Below are positions 1 to 13,740 of a stretch of DNA of 64,000 nt, in pieces; position 1 is the stretch's first letter; every line of letters starts with the position of its first letter. This DNA is from Cystobasidiomycetes sp. EMM_F5 (lineage: Eukaryota). The stretch spans positions 992,001 to 1,056,000 of the forward strand of contig JBPGPT010000002.1 in NCBI GenBank assembly GCA_051047955.1, in the 5' to 3' direction. A model generated the notes under the pieces. That model ran no database searches. It was not told where the DNA came from and saw nothing but the letters and a program-made list of their open reading frames with translations. The position numbers and the translations under genes were made by a program.

Positions 1-398
1 CAATTTACACGGAATGGGAATGCTTTTATGACGCGGTATAGCCTACAAATGGAGACATTCAACAACACAAACCTCATTTCACAGTCCGTATCGTACTTAC
101 GAAGAGCTTGCAGCCCTCCGCGTCGGAACTTTGCATGCATCTTCTGACTCTGCCTGCAGAATCCTGATCTCGTTTGACGCCTCAAGTCGCAGGGATGGGC
201 GAGGAGTTTGCGCTGCCAATTCCCTCGGCACTCTTGTTGGTGGTTGCATTCGCAGTCACAGCTCGAGAGTCTACGTTGCTGTTCGCTCGTGCTGAGATTG
301 TACTCCCACGCTCTCTGATCCCCACACTCTTTACCCAGTCTCAGCTCACACTCGTTTGATCTCGTCCCTCGTTCCATACGCTCATTTTCCATCTCGGC

Positions 399-2023
399 AT
401 GACGTCCCTCAAGATTGGCATTGTTGCTCTCTTCGTGGCTACCCTGACCCGCGCCGAGACGCTCTACCCAGGCTGGGAACAGTACACATCGCCCTCCAAC
501 CCTCTCCTCGGCAGCGCGTCCTACTACGGCCTCGACCAGTTCCAGCAGTGCAAGAATTATTGCATGAGGACGTCGGGATGTCAGGTTTACAGTACCATAC
601 TCGAGTACGGAAGGGTGAGTCTTGTGCACAATCAAACAGCTTTGATATACCTTGACGCTTATGTTTCGCATGTCTGTTTGCCAGGCCGACTGCTTCCTGC
701 ACGGTCACGTAGACAACAACCTCCGTCCGCACATGTGTGACACACTCTATAAAGGGACCTGTGCAAAGTAAGCATGACACGGAAAGCCATTCACGCCGAT
801 ACTAGCACTAGCTCACATCAAATGACTGCCGTTCACAGCTTCATTGCAGCACATCCAGACCTCTCCATTTCGCAAAAGGAAGCCTGCAAAGATTTTACCG
901 ACAATGCAGACAGAAAGTGGGCTCGCTGGTACAGCTTTGATCAACCCGGAGACGACTACCAGTACCAAAACTTTGACACTGAAGAACAGTGCTACACCTT
1001 CCTCGCCGGACGGGATGCTACCGTCGTCGTGACGTACTGGGACTCAGGTCTCAGCAAGATTCGTTACACATGCTTCCGCAAGTATGGCATCGTCGTTTCC
1101 AACCTACGCCCGTGGGCATCTACGTCTGGAACTATACTCGGAAACACTTGCGGCCAGAATCTTGCTGCTGGAACATCCCTCTACGCATCCGCTTCCTGCA
1201 TCGATTCGCCGTCTACCAACTTGTCCCCTCTCAAGAGCGGTTGCGTTCCCAGTCTGTACAATTGTGCGCGCTCACTCCTGGAGGAGGCAGTCAGTTCTGT
1301 GACGTCCTGTAGGCTCGCATATGTCTTGTGTCATGCTCAATGCTGACCCAAGTGGATCGAAATAGGACTCCCGACTATTCTGGCAACGTCCATGGTAAAA
1401 ATTTCGCAGGAACATGTACGAGCTGTTGCATTCATTCCAATACGCGAGTATTGACACTCTTCACTCTACACAGGCAAAGTCGTAGCGGGAGGCAAATGCA
1501 TTTGTGATGGGGATTGTGGTGCATCTACGCCCGTATGCAGTAACGGACACTGCTGCGCCGAGGGAAAGTCGTGGTGCCCGTACACTTTGCAATGCTCGAC
1601 GTCGTGCAGCTCCTCGGCTGCGACGTTGCCAGGCCGAAGAAGGCAGTTGCGCAATGCCATTCCTGCAATCACTTCTCACAACCATAGTCAAGTCTGCAAC
1701 GCGGGTCACATCTTGTGCGAGATCGATGGTAGTGCTAAGGTACTGTATTATCAGGATGAAATATTGTTGCAATACGCTGATATTCATCGAATTATGGTCA
1801 GTGCGTCGATCCTTCATCCGACAAAAAATCTTGCGGCGGCTGTCCGGGATCTGGCGCAGGTAGAGACTGCACTGCTATTCACGGAGCAGCCGACACGACG
1901 TGCCGTCAAGGTCTGTGCGAGATCTCCTCCTGCAAGGGCGGATACAAGCTGTTCCATAACAAGAACGGACACCAAACATGCACGTCGGTACAGGCGCGTC
2001 TCGCTCACCGTCGTCAGTCGTGA
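399..2023 (+). CDS. Secreted cysteine-rich protein with C-terminal PriA/CPL1-like domain, paralog 1 (multi-exon)
   Basis: Signal peptide MTSLKIGIVALFVATLTRA. Spliced exons end CVDPSSDKKSCGGCPGSGAGRDCTAIHGAADTTCRQGLCEISSCKGGY...SVQARLAHRRQS-TGA(2021-2023), the CGGC..G.DC..I.G....C..G.C....C..GY pattern of PriA/CPL1-like domains. Collinear with 2829-4452. Confidence 0.8.
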
Positions 2024-2693
2024 GGGTTACACGCTGGCATCAACTGCTTTTGACAGAGGAGGTGGAAAGGGATCTGCAATTTTGGCTTGGATGGGATGGT
2101 GATGCGGTGCTTGGGTCCAGTGAAGGTAATCCGGTAGACGGGAGAGACTTTGTACGGCAGCTGCAAATCGGCCGGCTCATAATAATACATACACGTCTCG
2201 CACACCCGAGATTGGCAGATGCAGAACATCACTATTAAGTCAAGTGAAGCTTTGACAGCAGCGCAACGAGCTTACGTTCCTTCCAGGAGTTGGCTGATAA
2301 CAGTCATGTCCCGCGGCTGAGTTGCGACTCGCGCGAAGCGGAGACATCTGAGACAAGCGTAACCGTACCGTCCAGACATATGGCTCCGTTCCGATACATT
2401 CAACGACAGACTACTCTGTGTTTATTATAGGTATCAATGAACATGAGCCCAGCTGCATCATCGCAAGATGTTCCGCTGTCAGAAAATTTTGCAGCGAGAA
2501 GCGACGCCACCCGAGGTCGGAGGTATGCGTGCCGCGTGTCGTTCGCGAGCCTGCATGGCTTGACCTTCCACCAAGTCAGATCTCTGCCGTCCCTGTCTTC
2601 GCTCTCGCTCTAGAACACACTGATCTAAGTTTCGTGCGATTCCAGGCCGGAACGAAAGTCGAAACAACAAATATGCCACAGGGACATCCACAC

Positions 2694-2700
2694 TATAAAA
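2694..2700 (+). promoter_or_regulatory. Candidate TATA box (TATAAAA) of paralog 2
   Basis: Consensus TATAAAA about 130 nt upstream of ATG 2829, followed by a pyrimidine-rich leader. Confidence 0.45.
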
Positions 2701-2828
2701 CCGCTGACTCTGACAAGCAACCTCGTTCTTCTTCTCGTATCCTTCCGCACCCTCTTGCACTATATACATAACGAACTGAAGGACACTCTCTCACACCCAC
2801 ATTCTTTTCTGCCACACTCGTTTATCCA

Positions 2829-4452
2829 ATGACGGCCGTTATAATTTCGCTCATCGCCTTTGCATTGGCAAATTTTGGAAAGGCAGCCACACTGTACCCC
2901 GGTTGGCAGCAGTACGCATCAAACAGTAATCAAGCACTTGCCACTGGCGCATTTTACGGGGACAACCAATTTGCACAATGTCGAAATCTATGTCTACAGA
3001 CAGCCAGATGCACAGTCTACACTGCACTCCTAGAATTAGGCAGGGTGAGCGCACCTGTCTTTACATTCTGTCGTGAACACATGAGCTGAATAGGCGGTCG
3101 ACCCATTAGCTTGATTGCTGGGCCTACGCCAGACTCGACAACAATCTTCAGCCCCATGCAGTCGATACCCTGTACGCCGGGACATGCTCGACGTACGTGA
3201 GACCATGCCGGACTATATGCAATCACTGACAGAAGCCTTCACCTATGCTTTGTAGTTTCAAGGCGGCCCATCCCGAACTTACGATTTCGCAAGCAGCTGC
3301 ATGCGAGGACTTCACCGATCCCAATGGAGTGAACTGGGCACGCTGGTACAGCTTCGATTAACCTGGTGACGATGTAAGCATTATTCGTCCCAAGCGTACG
3401 ATTGTTGAGCTGAAACATCCCGTCTATCACTTCATCTGACAGCTGTCGGCGCAAGACTTCACAAGTCAACAAGCCTGCTACAGCTATCTGTCTGGGTACT
3501 CCGCAGCAGTTATAGTGTCTTATTTCAATACCAACACACGGGCCTTGACATACACTTGCTATCGTAAAACGCAGACGAGGGTCACAAACCTCCGCCCTTT
3601 CGGAAGCGTGACGGGTACTACGGACTCCAGTACTTGCAATGCGAATTATGCCTCTACGGGCAGCAACAACCAAGCATACGCTGCGTGTATTGAATCCGCA
3701 TCTGCAAACAATGCGCAGCCTGCGCAAGGCTGCATCCCGAACATTGACACGTGCGCGCCCGCAACTGCAGGTAGAGGTACGCAATACTGTGACGTCTTGA
3801 CTCCCGAATATTCGGGTACCATATATGGACAAAACTTTTTGGGCACCTGTTAGTTCGCCACTATTGCTCGTGCGCTGGGACCTGCTAATATTTGCACCAA
3901 ATTACTCAGGTAGAGTAGTAGCCGGGGGCGCTTGCGCTGCTAATGCAGACTGCGGCGCCTCGACCCCGTCCTGCAGTAGCAACCACTGTTGCGCTCAAGG
4001 GACCAGCTGGTGCTCTTTCACATCGTCATGCCAGGCGTCGTGCAGCACTTCCGGGCCAAGCCGTCGCAGACGTTCACAGACTGTCCTTGCTCCAACGGCC
4101 GAACGCTACGTGCTGGAAGATGGCTTCTGTCAGGATGGCCTGACCGCATGTGAAAACAATGTTAGCATGACGGTGAGTGACTTCTGTATCATGTGTGTGT
4201 ACAAGACATCAATTAAATGGCCTCATTGGTTCAGTGCATTACGCTATGAACGATCCTGAATACTGTGGTGGCTGCAAGAGTGGAGGTGGTCGCGACTGTA
4301 CTGCGATTGCCGGTGTTGCCGATACCCAATGCACAATGGGCACTTGCGAGGTCTTCGCTTGTCAGCCTGGCTACAAGCTTGGACGTAATCTGGATGGACA
4401 GCCAATTTGCAGTTCTGTTCAAGCTCGCTCACAATCCCGTCGACGCAAGTAA
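2829..4452 (+). CDS. Secreted cysteine-rich protein with C-terminal PriA/CPL1-like domain, paralog 2 (multi-exon)
   Basis: Signal peptide MTAVIISLIAFALANFGKA. Shares TLYPGW.QY, WARWYSFD.PGDD, YTC.RK and NLRP blocks with paralog 1. Last exon NDPEYCGGCKSGGGRDCTAIAGVADTQCTMGTCEVFACQPGY. Confidence 0.82.
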
Positions 4453-4618
4453 GAAGTCCACGACATCGATGCGGATGCCCGACACCGGCTAGCGACAGAC
4501 TTCAATTTTCGTTTGTGGCCAGGGCTCAATCTCAGGCTGTACACCTTGATCTTCAGCAAGGTGGATGACCAATTGGGCAACGGCCATCAATTCTGATAGC
4601 ATCTTTTTGTGATAGTCA

Positions 4619-6566
4619 TTACACGGGTTTTCTGCGCTTCATAGACAAGAACATTCCTGCTTTCCCAATTCGTGGCATCTTCGCTTTTGTATGGCTTTGC
4701 AGGTATCTTTGCGCTCGAGCCCGTTGCAGCGAAGTTATAAGCTGCGGAGGTTTGGATGCACTGATATGCGAAGTGTATCCTAGGGGGGTTACGGGCATCG
4801 CTCCAGGGTCGGAACGGACTGGTTCTTCCGCTTCCGAATCCCGGCTTCTGACCAAAACGCAAACGAAAAAGCCATGCGTCCCGAGCTTCGGATCACAGCG
4901 TATCATGCCTTCGAGCTGATTCTCTGGGACGACATGATCCCCTTCACTGACTTTACCTCGCAGAGGCCATGACGGTAGTACGTTTGCTCTTGTATCGATT
5001 TGCCAAGTCTTGCTAAATTCTTTTCGCGATAGTATGGAGAGTACGACATCTTCGTTCTCTTCCTGATGAACAGAACAGGTAGAATAGACTACTTTCTCGG
5101 CTTTCGGGAACCGCAGCGCATGCGAGAGGATATAGCGTTGAAATTGAGATAAAGGTTTGAGGCGATCTTGTAAAGACTCATCGTTCGCATCCTGGTCCGC
5201 ATGAATGCCAGAGCCCGCTAGGTGGACCGAAAACAATCAGAATGTGAGCCGGGACTTGGATGCGCCGACTTACAGCATGACGGGTCGACCAGGATGTGTG
5301 TCGCCGTGGAGTATGGTTCCGATTGCGGGTCAATAGCCAAAAAATCTTGGTGAATTGCTTCGGTGTCTGCTTTTGGCGATCATCAGAAGTGCCAGAAGTC
5401 GACAAGAGACTAATCCTCACTAGCACATCCCGCTTTGGATAGCATTGTCCTCAGCGTTTTATAGCGGTTCTGATCCCGTTCGATGGCGTACACCTGGAAA
5501 TATAGAAATGAGATCCGTCTGAATGCGCTGAATATCAAAGCTCACATGACCGCAATTCAACGTGCTCAATCGGGCGCTGACATAAGTCGTCTTGTTGCCT
5601 GGTGCGCTTGTAGCATCGATTACTATTGGATCCTGCCCTTCGGATGTCGTGATATCCTGAAGTAAGAGGTACCCAGGCATACAACTAGCCTTGTCTTGCG
5701 CAATGAGCCTGCCATCCAAGTATGGTTCAAATTTCTTGAGATTGACCAGAGACGACCGTAAGGCCAGCAGATTTGAGATATGCTCATCAACGCAGAAGTG
5801 GCGGCTGTAGAATGTGAAAGTCATGCATAAGTCGCGTATTCGATGCCCACAGGAAAACATTACCCGCCTATCTGATGCACCAACTTCGGTTTGAGTATAG
5901 GCTTTCTTCCAGCCATTCCGACTCAGCCAAGCGACTGCGTCTTGTAGGTTCCACTTTATCTCGTTGACACGCAACCAACGAATGTTAGAATGCACGTAAT
6001 TGTTATCCGCATCATCGATATCGTCGACACCTTCAAGAGCCCGACCCTTGCCTTTGCCTTCTTGAATTACATATTTTGCGAGCGAAGTTTGTAAACCTTC
6101 GTTGGAAACGACTCCGAGTCTGATCTTTTCGCGTTGAGTGTTTGCACTGAGCCTGCATGCAGTCAAGATCTGTCAGTCAGTTTCAGATGAATTCGCATAA
6201 TCCGGAAAAACAGCCACACCTTGTTGCATATCTTTCGATGGCAGCGCGTATCTTGTGCTGCTTGGGCAGCGATATCCCTCTCTTGTTGAAGAGATGGTCG
6301 TGTATCAGGACCAAAACGAGACTTTTTGATGACGGGGATGATTTTTTGCCGAGCAATTTGGCTTCAGCTTTTAGCAAGTCGATGGATTTGAGCAGTCGCT
6401 CCAGCGTTGGCAGGTACTTCAACGTTTCTGCTACCAGAGCATAGCACCTGGCTGGCGACGCAGACGCAGACGATGCGAAGCGGGTGCATAATTCTCGAAG
6501 ATTGACTGGCTCGCTCGACTCGACGACGGCGTCCAGGATCCTTGCGCTGGTTGAATAGAACTCCAT
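4619..6566 (-). CDS. RCM1: 25S rRNA m5C methyltransferase, NOL1/NOP2/Sun family (NSUN5/Rcm1 type)
   Basis: Motifs YALVAETLKY, RWLRVNEIK, AQDKASCMP, IDATSAPGNKT, VYSTCSVHQEENEDVV and GFFV across several exons. Confidence 0.9.
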
Positions 6567-7208
6567 GGCATGTTACGATGCAATCGTAGCAGGACTTGGA
6601 GGCTACTGAGACTGATATCTCGCAGATTTTCAGCTATTGGACCGGTCGCAACGACTGACGCAAATTGCTAGCAACTGACATATCAAACACGAGACGACAG
6701 CTGGCAGACTTGCTGACGACGAGGTGCGGAGTCTACCTGGGAGAGCACAACGGGAGGGGCATCGAGAGTCGCGTCCAAAGTCAGTGAAAGAGCATACACA
6801 ACGCTGAACTCGACTTCCGTCATCACCAGCATTTACTGGCTACCGGCATGTATCTCCCGACGTGCAGCTCTGTAAGTGCAAGCGTCTATAGATGACGTTA
6901 CTAGTTCCCTCGACTCCAGCTTTGAACGACTTGAAAGCCAGACTAACAGGGACAATTGACAACCACTGACAGTCGGGCTCTTCGAGCGCGTATGCCGCAC
7001 AGCAACTCGTATGATGCTTCCCGTGTACTATCGAAGCCACAGACAGCTCTGTCTCCATATTGTCGCGCTTTTCGTAAAGCTAGTTGACGCGACTGCTATT
7101 GCCAATTGCCCACTTTGCGGACTTTACCTTTTGACCAATTCGACCGCTTCGAGGATTCATCCGCCAACTTCATCACACCGCTGCATGCATGGCAATAACC
7201 TCGACGAC

Positions 7209-10200
7209 ATGGTCGGCGTATCGAGCAATTACCCAGAGCAGCTGGCCAGAATGACCGCCGCCAGCCGCAAGACCGGTCCAATCAAATCAGCCAAAGACCA
7301 GGCGGGCTTCAAACCCGTACCCGCAGTCCAAGTCGTGCCGGCTAAGAGGGTGTGTACGACTTCTGGTGAATGGTTCCATACGAGGCTGACGGCTGTGGTC
7401 GCAAAAACGTCCTATTCGCAGGTGTTTACGCCAGCGATCGAAACGGCTTCAGCAAACAGACAGACCCTGGCAAACAGTAAACCTGCTAGTACGACTTTTG
7501 CAAGCACAAGTGTCCAGCGACCGAACGCTAGCAACTTCGGAGCCTCTACATCTAAAACCGCGTTCAATAGTTATAGGGATGGGCAATCCGTCTCATCAAA
7601 TGCCAATGCTGCGGCATCAACGAGCGCATCAACCAGCACAGCCAAAAGACCCAGGATGATGGCAACGGCTACGCACTCCGTTTCTGGCACCGACGATTCC
7701 CGCTCAAGTGCTAGCAGTACCAGCTTTGACACTTCGCGACAAGGAAACGCTTTAAACGACAGCGGCTATCTAAATACTAGCAAAGCTCGGTCTTCTGCTT
7801 CCACTCCCCACATTGCTCGTATCCTACCCGATGCTCTTCGCCTTGATGATAATGCTGCGAGCGTATCCAACATTGTCCATAACAGCGGGTACCAAGATAA
7901 AGCCGCAGTGGGTACTCGCTCATGCTGTTTGCATATTATGAACAACCACTGAATCCTCCGCGTATGTGTAGCTCTCGGAGACTCTGGAGGAGCGCAAAGC
8001 CGACCAAAAGATGTGGCAGGAAAGCCTCATGGAGGCCACAACCAGCGGTTCTGGCATGACTAGCCTCGGTTTTTCGAAAGACGCTTGTCTCCAAACTCTG
8101 TAGGGTTGCCTTAATAGATTTGACAGTATCGCACAGTTAACTAAGCAATGGGACGGCAATACAGACGAAAAGTGACTGCTATGGTTGCTGAATTGGAGGG
8201 GCAACTTCGTGCTTACGGCGAGGTGGAGGCAGCTGGGCCTCGACAAACAGTCAACCAAGCTCCAAAATCAGGGGTATCAACAGTCCTCCCTAGTGCAAGA
8301 ACCCAGAATCTCCGCCGAAGGGCAGCGCGGCATCCAGAAGACGACGAAAACATGGACGAAGATGACAACTACTTCAACGATTCTCTCGACATCGAAGCCA
8401 TGGAAGCGCACGTCACGGAGCAACCGCGACCCCGACCGCAGCAACCGCCCAAGAGTGTAGCTATTGCGAAACGACCAATAACGGCCCAGGCGCCAGTGCA
8501 GATTGTTCCCGCAAAGCAGCCAGAATACGCGTGGAGTAGAGATGTCCGCAAGATTCTGGTGCAACAGTTCAGATTGGCCAAATTCCGAGTAAACCAGCTG
8601 GAGGCAATCAATGCGACGCTGAGTGGCAAGGATGTGTTTGTGCTAATGCCCACGGGTGAGTTTGGCCTTTATGTCACAGGGTTGGGACTGCGCGAGCTGA
8701 TCTGATTGCTTCTCAGGCGGCGGCAAGTCGCTGTGTTATCAATTACCAGCCCTCGTACAGTCGGGCAGCAAACAAGGATTGACTGTCGTCGTATCGCCTC
8801 TGCTGAGTCTGATGACCGACCAAGTACAAAGCTTACTGAAGAAGAATATACCCGCTGGCATGCTCAACAGCACCCTGAAGGCCAAAATGCGCGATCACTG
8901 CATGCAACAGATTGTCACGCTGCCCGAGCCCAAGCTCAAGATCCTATACGTTACGCCGGAAGGTTTTGCCAAGAGCGACAGAATGAGAGATGTGCTCAAG
9001 CTGGTTCATAGGCGGAATCGTCTTGCCCGGATTGTCATTGACGAAGCGCACTGCGTTTCGGCGTGGGGCCACGATTTTCGTGAGTATGCTAGTGCGTCTC
9101 GCACTTACCAAACCGCTGATGTGTTACATCAGGACCTGACTATAAAGAACTGCAACTGCTTAAAACGGAGTTTCCTGGCGTGCCGTTGATGGCTCTAACA
9201 GCGACGGCTAACGAGAAATGCATTGCCGACATCAAGCACACATTGGGCATCGGCGGCTGTACGATGCTGACACAGACCTTCAATCGCCCGAATTTATACT
9301 ACGAGGTCCGCATGAAGAGCAACAATGTACTGGCGGAAATGGCCAAAATTATCGAGGCAGAGCCGGAAGGAGCCAGCGGAATCATCTACTGTCTCGGTAA
9401 AATTACTTGCGAGGTTGTCGCAGAGAAGCTCACTAAACAGTATGGCATTACTGCACACCACTACCACGCCTCGTGAGTCCCTTTGATGCGATATACCGAA
9501 ATGCAACTCATCTTTCCGTCATCTATCAGGATGACTGCCGAAGATCGGACAGAAGTGCAAAAGTTATGGCAGAATGGGACATACAGCGTCATCTGTGCAA
9601 CTATTGCGTAAGCTCCAAATGATGCGGAACAGTCTGTTTTGGCTGACTAGGCAGCCAAGATTCGGCATGGGTATTGATAAGGCCGATGTGCGATACGTTA
9701 TTCATCACTCTAGTAGGCCGGTCATAGTCTCAAGGGAAAGGTCAGCTAACAAATGTTTGCAGTTCCAAAGTCGCTCGAAGGTTACTATCAGGTAATCTTC
9801 ATACTACGTGATCGCACACTCAATCACTCACAATCTATATAGGAGACTGGTCGAGCTGGGCGAGACGGCAAGCCTTCCAAATGCATTCTGTTTTTCGGGA
9901 CTCACGACGTACTCTCACTGAGAAACATGATTGATGATGCCAAAGCCCCGTTACCGATAGATATGACAGCCCGCGAGAATTTAGGCTTGCAGAAGGAGCG
10001 CAACAAGGAAAGCCTGAACAAGGTCGTGGAGTATTGTTACAACAAGCACGAATGTCGAAGAAGCATGGTGCTGCTTTATTTTGACGAGCTTTTCGATCCG
10101 GCAAACTGTGACAAGACGTGCGACAATTGTTTTGACAAAGAAGATAGATCGGTAGTGGACTTCGACATTACGCAGCATGCAAGGCAAATACTTGAGCTCG

Positions 10201-11920
10201 TGTCTCATCTCCAAGACTCCCGAGTTACGGTTATACAAGCAAGAGACGTTTACAGAGGAAGCATCAAACGCCAGGTACGGTGGACTGTGTTTGCCCAGAC
10301 CCCTTCGCCTACTTACGGCTCTTGACCTTCAGATGGCCCATAACGGTTGGGATCAGCTACAATGGTATGGCCAAGGAAAAGGCATCGCATCAAACGACGT
10401 AGACAGAATTTTCAATGTACTCCGCGCCAAAGACTACACTCAGGAGCATTTAGTGCGCAACAAAGCTGGATTCAACACGGCGTACCTCCGGGTAAATGGG
10501 CGCCGGTCAGCCTCCTTGACTAAGACTGACATGTTTCTCATCTGCCGTCACTCCAGCTCGGGCCCAATAGAACCCTCAGAGGTCCACTCATCATGTCTAT
10601 CCTTGACCCGGCTTCGAAACCTGTCAAGGAAACCTCGAAAGGTAAAAGATCAAAAAAGAAAGCAGCGGCAGCGAGCGGTTTACAACCTCTCACCCTTCAA
10701 CCGCTTCGAAAACCCAAACCGCATCCAAGAATCGCCGAGTTCATAGAAGCGGAAGATGATGTCATGCATGTCGAGCCTCCCGCGCGTACTGTCAACAGGA
10801 CGAAAGACAAAGGCAAAGGCCGAGGCGCTACACCAGCTGATGATGAGGATTATGAATTGGATGGGTCGAGCAGCAGCGACGAGGATGATGATGACACCGA
10901 ATCAGGAGGAAGTCGAGGCCGTGCCATCGATGTCAGCGACGATGAGGGAGATGACGACGACGAAGAAGACCTCCTTCCAGAGGTAAAGCAAGAAGTGTGG
11001 ACGCAGACTCAGAAGCGCGTCGTCAAGCGCTCTCATCGAGGCAATACCCGTAACCTTCAACCAGAGTCGGCGCAGCCGACGGATGTCTCCGAATTGGCTC
11101 AAGATCTGTTTGAGGAGTTGCAGCAAGCAGTACTTCAGGTATAACAAGTCCCGTGTGGTGACGACAAACAGCGTGCTCATTTTCCATCTCATAGATGAAC
11201 ATAGACGACGATGAGTATCAGATAAGCGACGAGTTCGCAAAGGTACTGGAAGATATTGCCAATGCTTGCCCAACAGTACGTGACTTACAACGGCATTCGA
11301 ACATCTGCTGACCACTGCCAACAGAGTGAATAGATTGTTAATTGTGCATTGTCATAAGAAAGTACTGAATTTTCTCTATTTCCAGCAATGAAAGAGCTGA
11401 TGGAGATCCCAGGCTTCGACGAAGCGGAATATGATATCGTAGGTGTCATGCAAATCTGGGACAGCTTCGAAGTCACCTGATGCATTCCCTACAGTTCGGC
11501 AAAGAGTTCAAGGTCCGTAGCATTGCCGGTACTGATTTTGATGCCCCCTAACGACGACTGCCCCACCAGGCAATAACGACAAAGTATTTTTACAGAGCGC
11601 AGGCAGCCAACGGCGTCGCAAAGGCCGATGCAATGCCAACAGACAAAGGCCGTCGTGCTGCATCGAACAAGGCTGCTAACAAGATTGCGAGCCTCAGCAG
11701 AACATCTTCTGTCATTTCCATCTCTTCTGGTACGACATCTCGAAAATCTAGGTGAGTGGCTTCCTCCAGTCTTCGCTCGAATAACGTATTGAGGTGGTCT
11801 AGCAGTACACATTCGACATCCAGCAGATCCAGCAGATCGAACAACCTTCCGGATCTAACTAGATTCGCAGCTCCGAAAGGCAGATCAGGCGTTACGGCTA
11901 TGCCAGTAAGAAAACGCTAA
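7209..11920 (+). CDS. SGS1: RecQ family DNA helicase (Sgs1/BLM-like), multi-exon
   Basis: FRVNQLEAINATLSGKDVFVLMPTG/GGKSLCYQLP, IDEAHCVSAWGHDFR, MALTATA, FGMGIDKADVRYVIH, Zn-binding CRR..C.KTCDNC. Long low-complexity N- and C-termini. Start ATG 7209 inferred; stop TAA 11918-11920. Confidence 0.9.
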
Positions 11921-12061
11921 GCAGTGCCCGCTAGTTGAATTTATCAGTATCTTCAGTTTGACTTCGTGACATGTTCCGACTGTGCTGTTGTTGCTCCTAA
12001 TATGGGTTTCCAACGAGACTCTAAAAATGCTTTTATATCCCCATCTTGGTTCATTACCTAC

Positions 12062-13572
12062 CTAATCCCGTTGCTTGTAGTGCTCCTCGCTGCACGCTTG
12101 CAATTTAGCGGCAGCCTGTTCAGCTGTGAGATCTCGCTGAGGTTCGCCGAACAACTCGAAGCTGAAAAGTGAGAAGAGCAATGTCAAGCCTGGTCGCCTG
12201 AGGCCTGAGAAATCGAGTACTGACCCAACGAGGAACTTGCGGACACTGGCACTGCGTAGTAGAGGAGGCGCAAATGCAACATGAAGTTGTACGGCAGTCG
12301 CGTATTCCGTGTCATGCAGGGTTGGCTGTTGGTAGATACCCATCGAGTACGGGAACGAACATTGAAAGACTGGCAAATGGCTTCAGTCACCTTTTTCGTC
12401 TGAGAGTATGACTTGGGCTCACGATTGTCGTATCTGCACGCCAATCGACGCAGCACATCTGCAAAGTCTTGCTTCTCTTGCTCGGATAGAGCAGCAATAT
12501 GCGGTATGTGGCGCTTTGTCGGACACACTATCACCTCGAACGGCCACAGTGCCCAGTACGGAGTCAGAGCAGCAAAATGCTCAGACTGTATAACAATGCG
12601 GGGCGACTTGCTTTGTATCTCAGCTTGAGCATATTCAAGCAAGAGAATTGCACCGTTATTGCTGTCCGAGTACTGCTTTTGTGCTTTGAGCTCCTTGCCC
12701 GCTTCGCCAGGTATGTATGACAGAGACCAAGCCTGGCCATGCGGATGAGGATTGGAACACCCCATCATCGAACCCTTATTTTCGAAGCTATGGACAAACA
12801 ATGTTAGCACGCATCATGAACCCGAGCACTGACGTACATTTGGATATACTGAATCCAGGGAAGGTCAGACGTTATTTCCGTGTACAGAGATTGCCTTCTC
12901 AGGATGCTTAGATTAGCGGATTGTCACGATCGATTAACAGCCGGCTGGCATACCATGCGCCGACGACTTGCAGCATCTCCTCTTGTTTGAGCTGGGCGAT
13001 GGTGAGGTCGTGTCTTGGAGAGAAGCAGATCACAAAGCACTTGCCCCTGGCAGGCTCACTGCGGTACAGGCTCGATACTGCGGATGCAGGGTCCACACCT
13101 GACGGAGCTGTACTTTTAGGGAAATCGATCTCGATCTCTCTAACAGCCGCAAAGTCGTTCTGAACACGTCCTGTCAGCTTCTGGGCTAGCCGTAAACTCT
13201 CATAGCTACCTCAAAGCGGTATGTCGATTCATATTTTGGATTGGACGCGTTGCCGGCCCGTTTGTTGCCAGGGCAGAGGTAACATTTTGGATCGTACTTC
13301 TCTAGTTTTGTCATATCGGGTGGGTCTGTCTGACCCTGCCATGGCCTCTTTGTACGATGTGCTGTATTTTTAGATGGATAGACCGCACTCAGCCATGATC
13401 GCAGAGATGGGCGGTTACAGCTTACGCGAGCAGAGAACCCATTCTTGCTTCAGTGGGTCTGTTGAATCGGAGAGGATTCAGTGATATTACAAGACCATTA
13501 TTTAGCGAGCTGTAACCGACTCCAACGACGGTGAGAGTGGTCAGAGGGGTCAAATGCGGGCAGGGAGGTCAT
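12062..13572 (-). CDS. GAL7: Galactose-1-phosphate uridylyltransferase
   Basis: Spliced N-terminus [39 protein letters not shown], catalytic [21 protein letters not shown]-terminal [12 protein letters not shown]. Confidence 0.96.
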
Positions 13573-13740
13573 TGTATGGTCTGAAGAGTCAGCGGTGGTT
13601 AGAGATTCTCAAATCTTTTCGTCTGAATGAGCGGAAAGCAAGTGACGTTCATTTGATCGCACTGCTGTCAAGCTACCCTCAGTCAAGAATACCTTGATCC
13701 AGCTCCACTTGCTGCCCAATTGCTGAGAAGCTTGTTTACC
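13573..13740. promoter_or_regulatory. 168-bp divergent intergenic region shared by GAL7 and GAL1 (probable bidirectional promoter)
   Basis: Start codons at 13572 (-) and 13741 (+) point away from each other. No CGG-N11-CCG Gal4 site is present. Confidence 0.7.

Noticed and set aside
6781..6830. Minus-strand GTGATGA...CTGA resembling a C/D snoRNA
   Set aside because: Only about 46 nt from box C to box D, no clear terminal stem or recognisable guide; CTGAC may be a branch point.
13573..13740. Gal4 binding site in the GAL7-GAL1 spacer
   Set aside because: Neither CGG is followed by CCG at 11-nt spacing.
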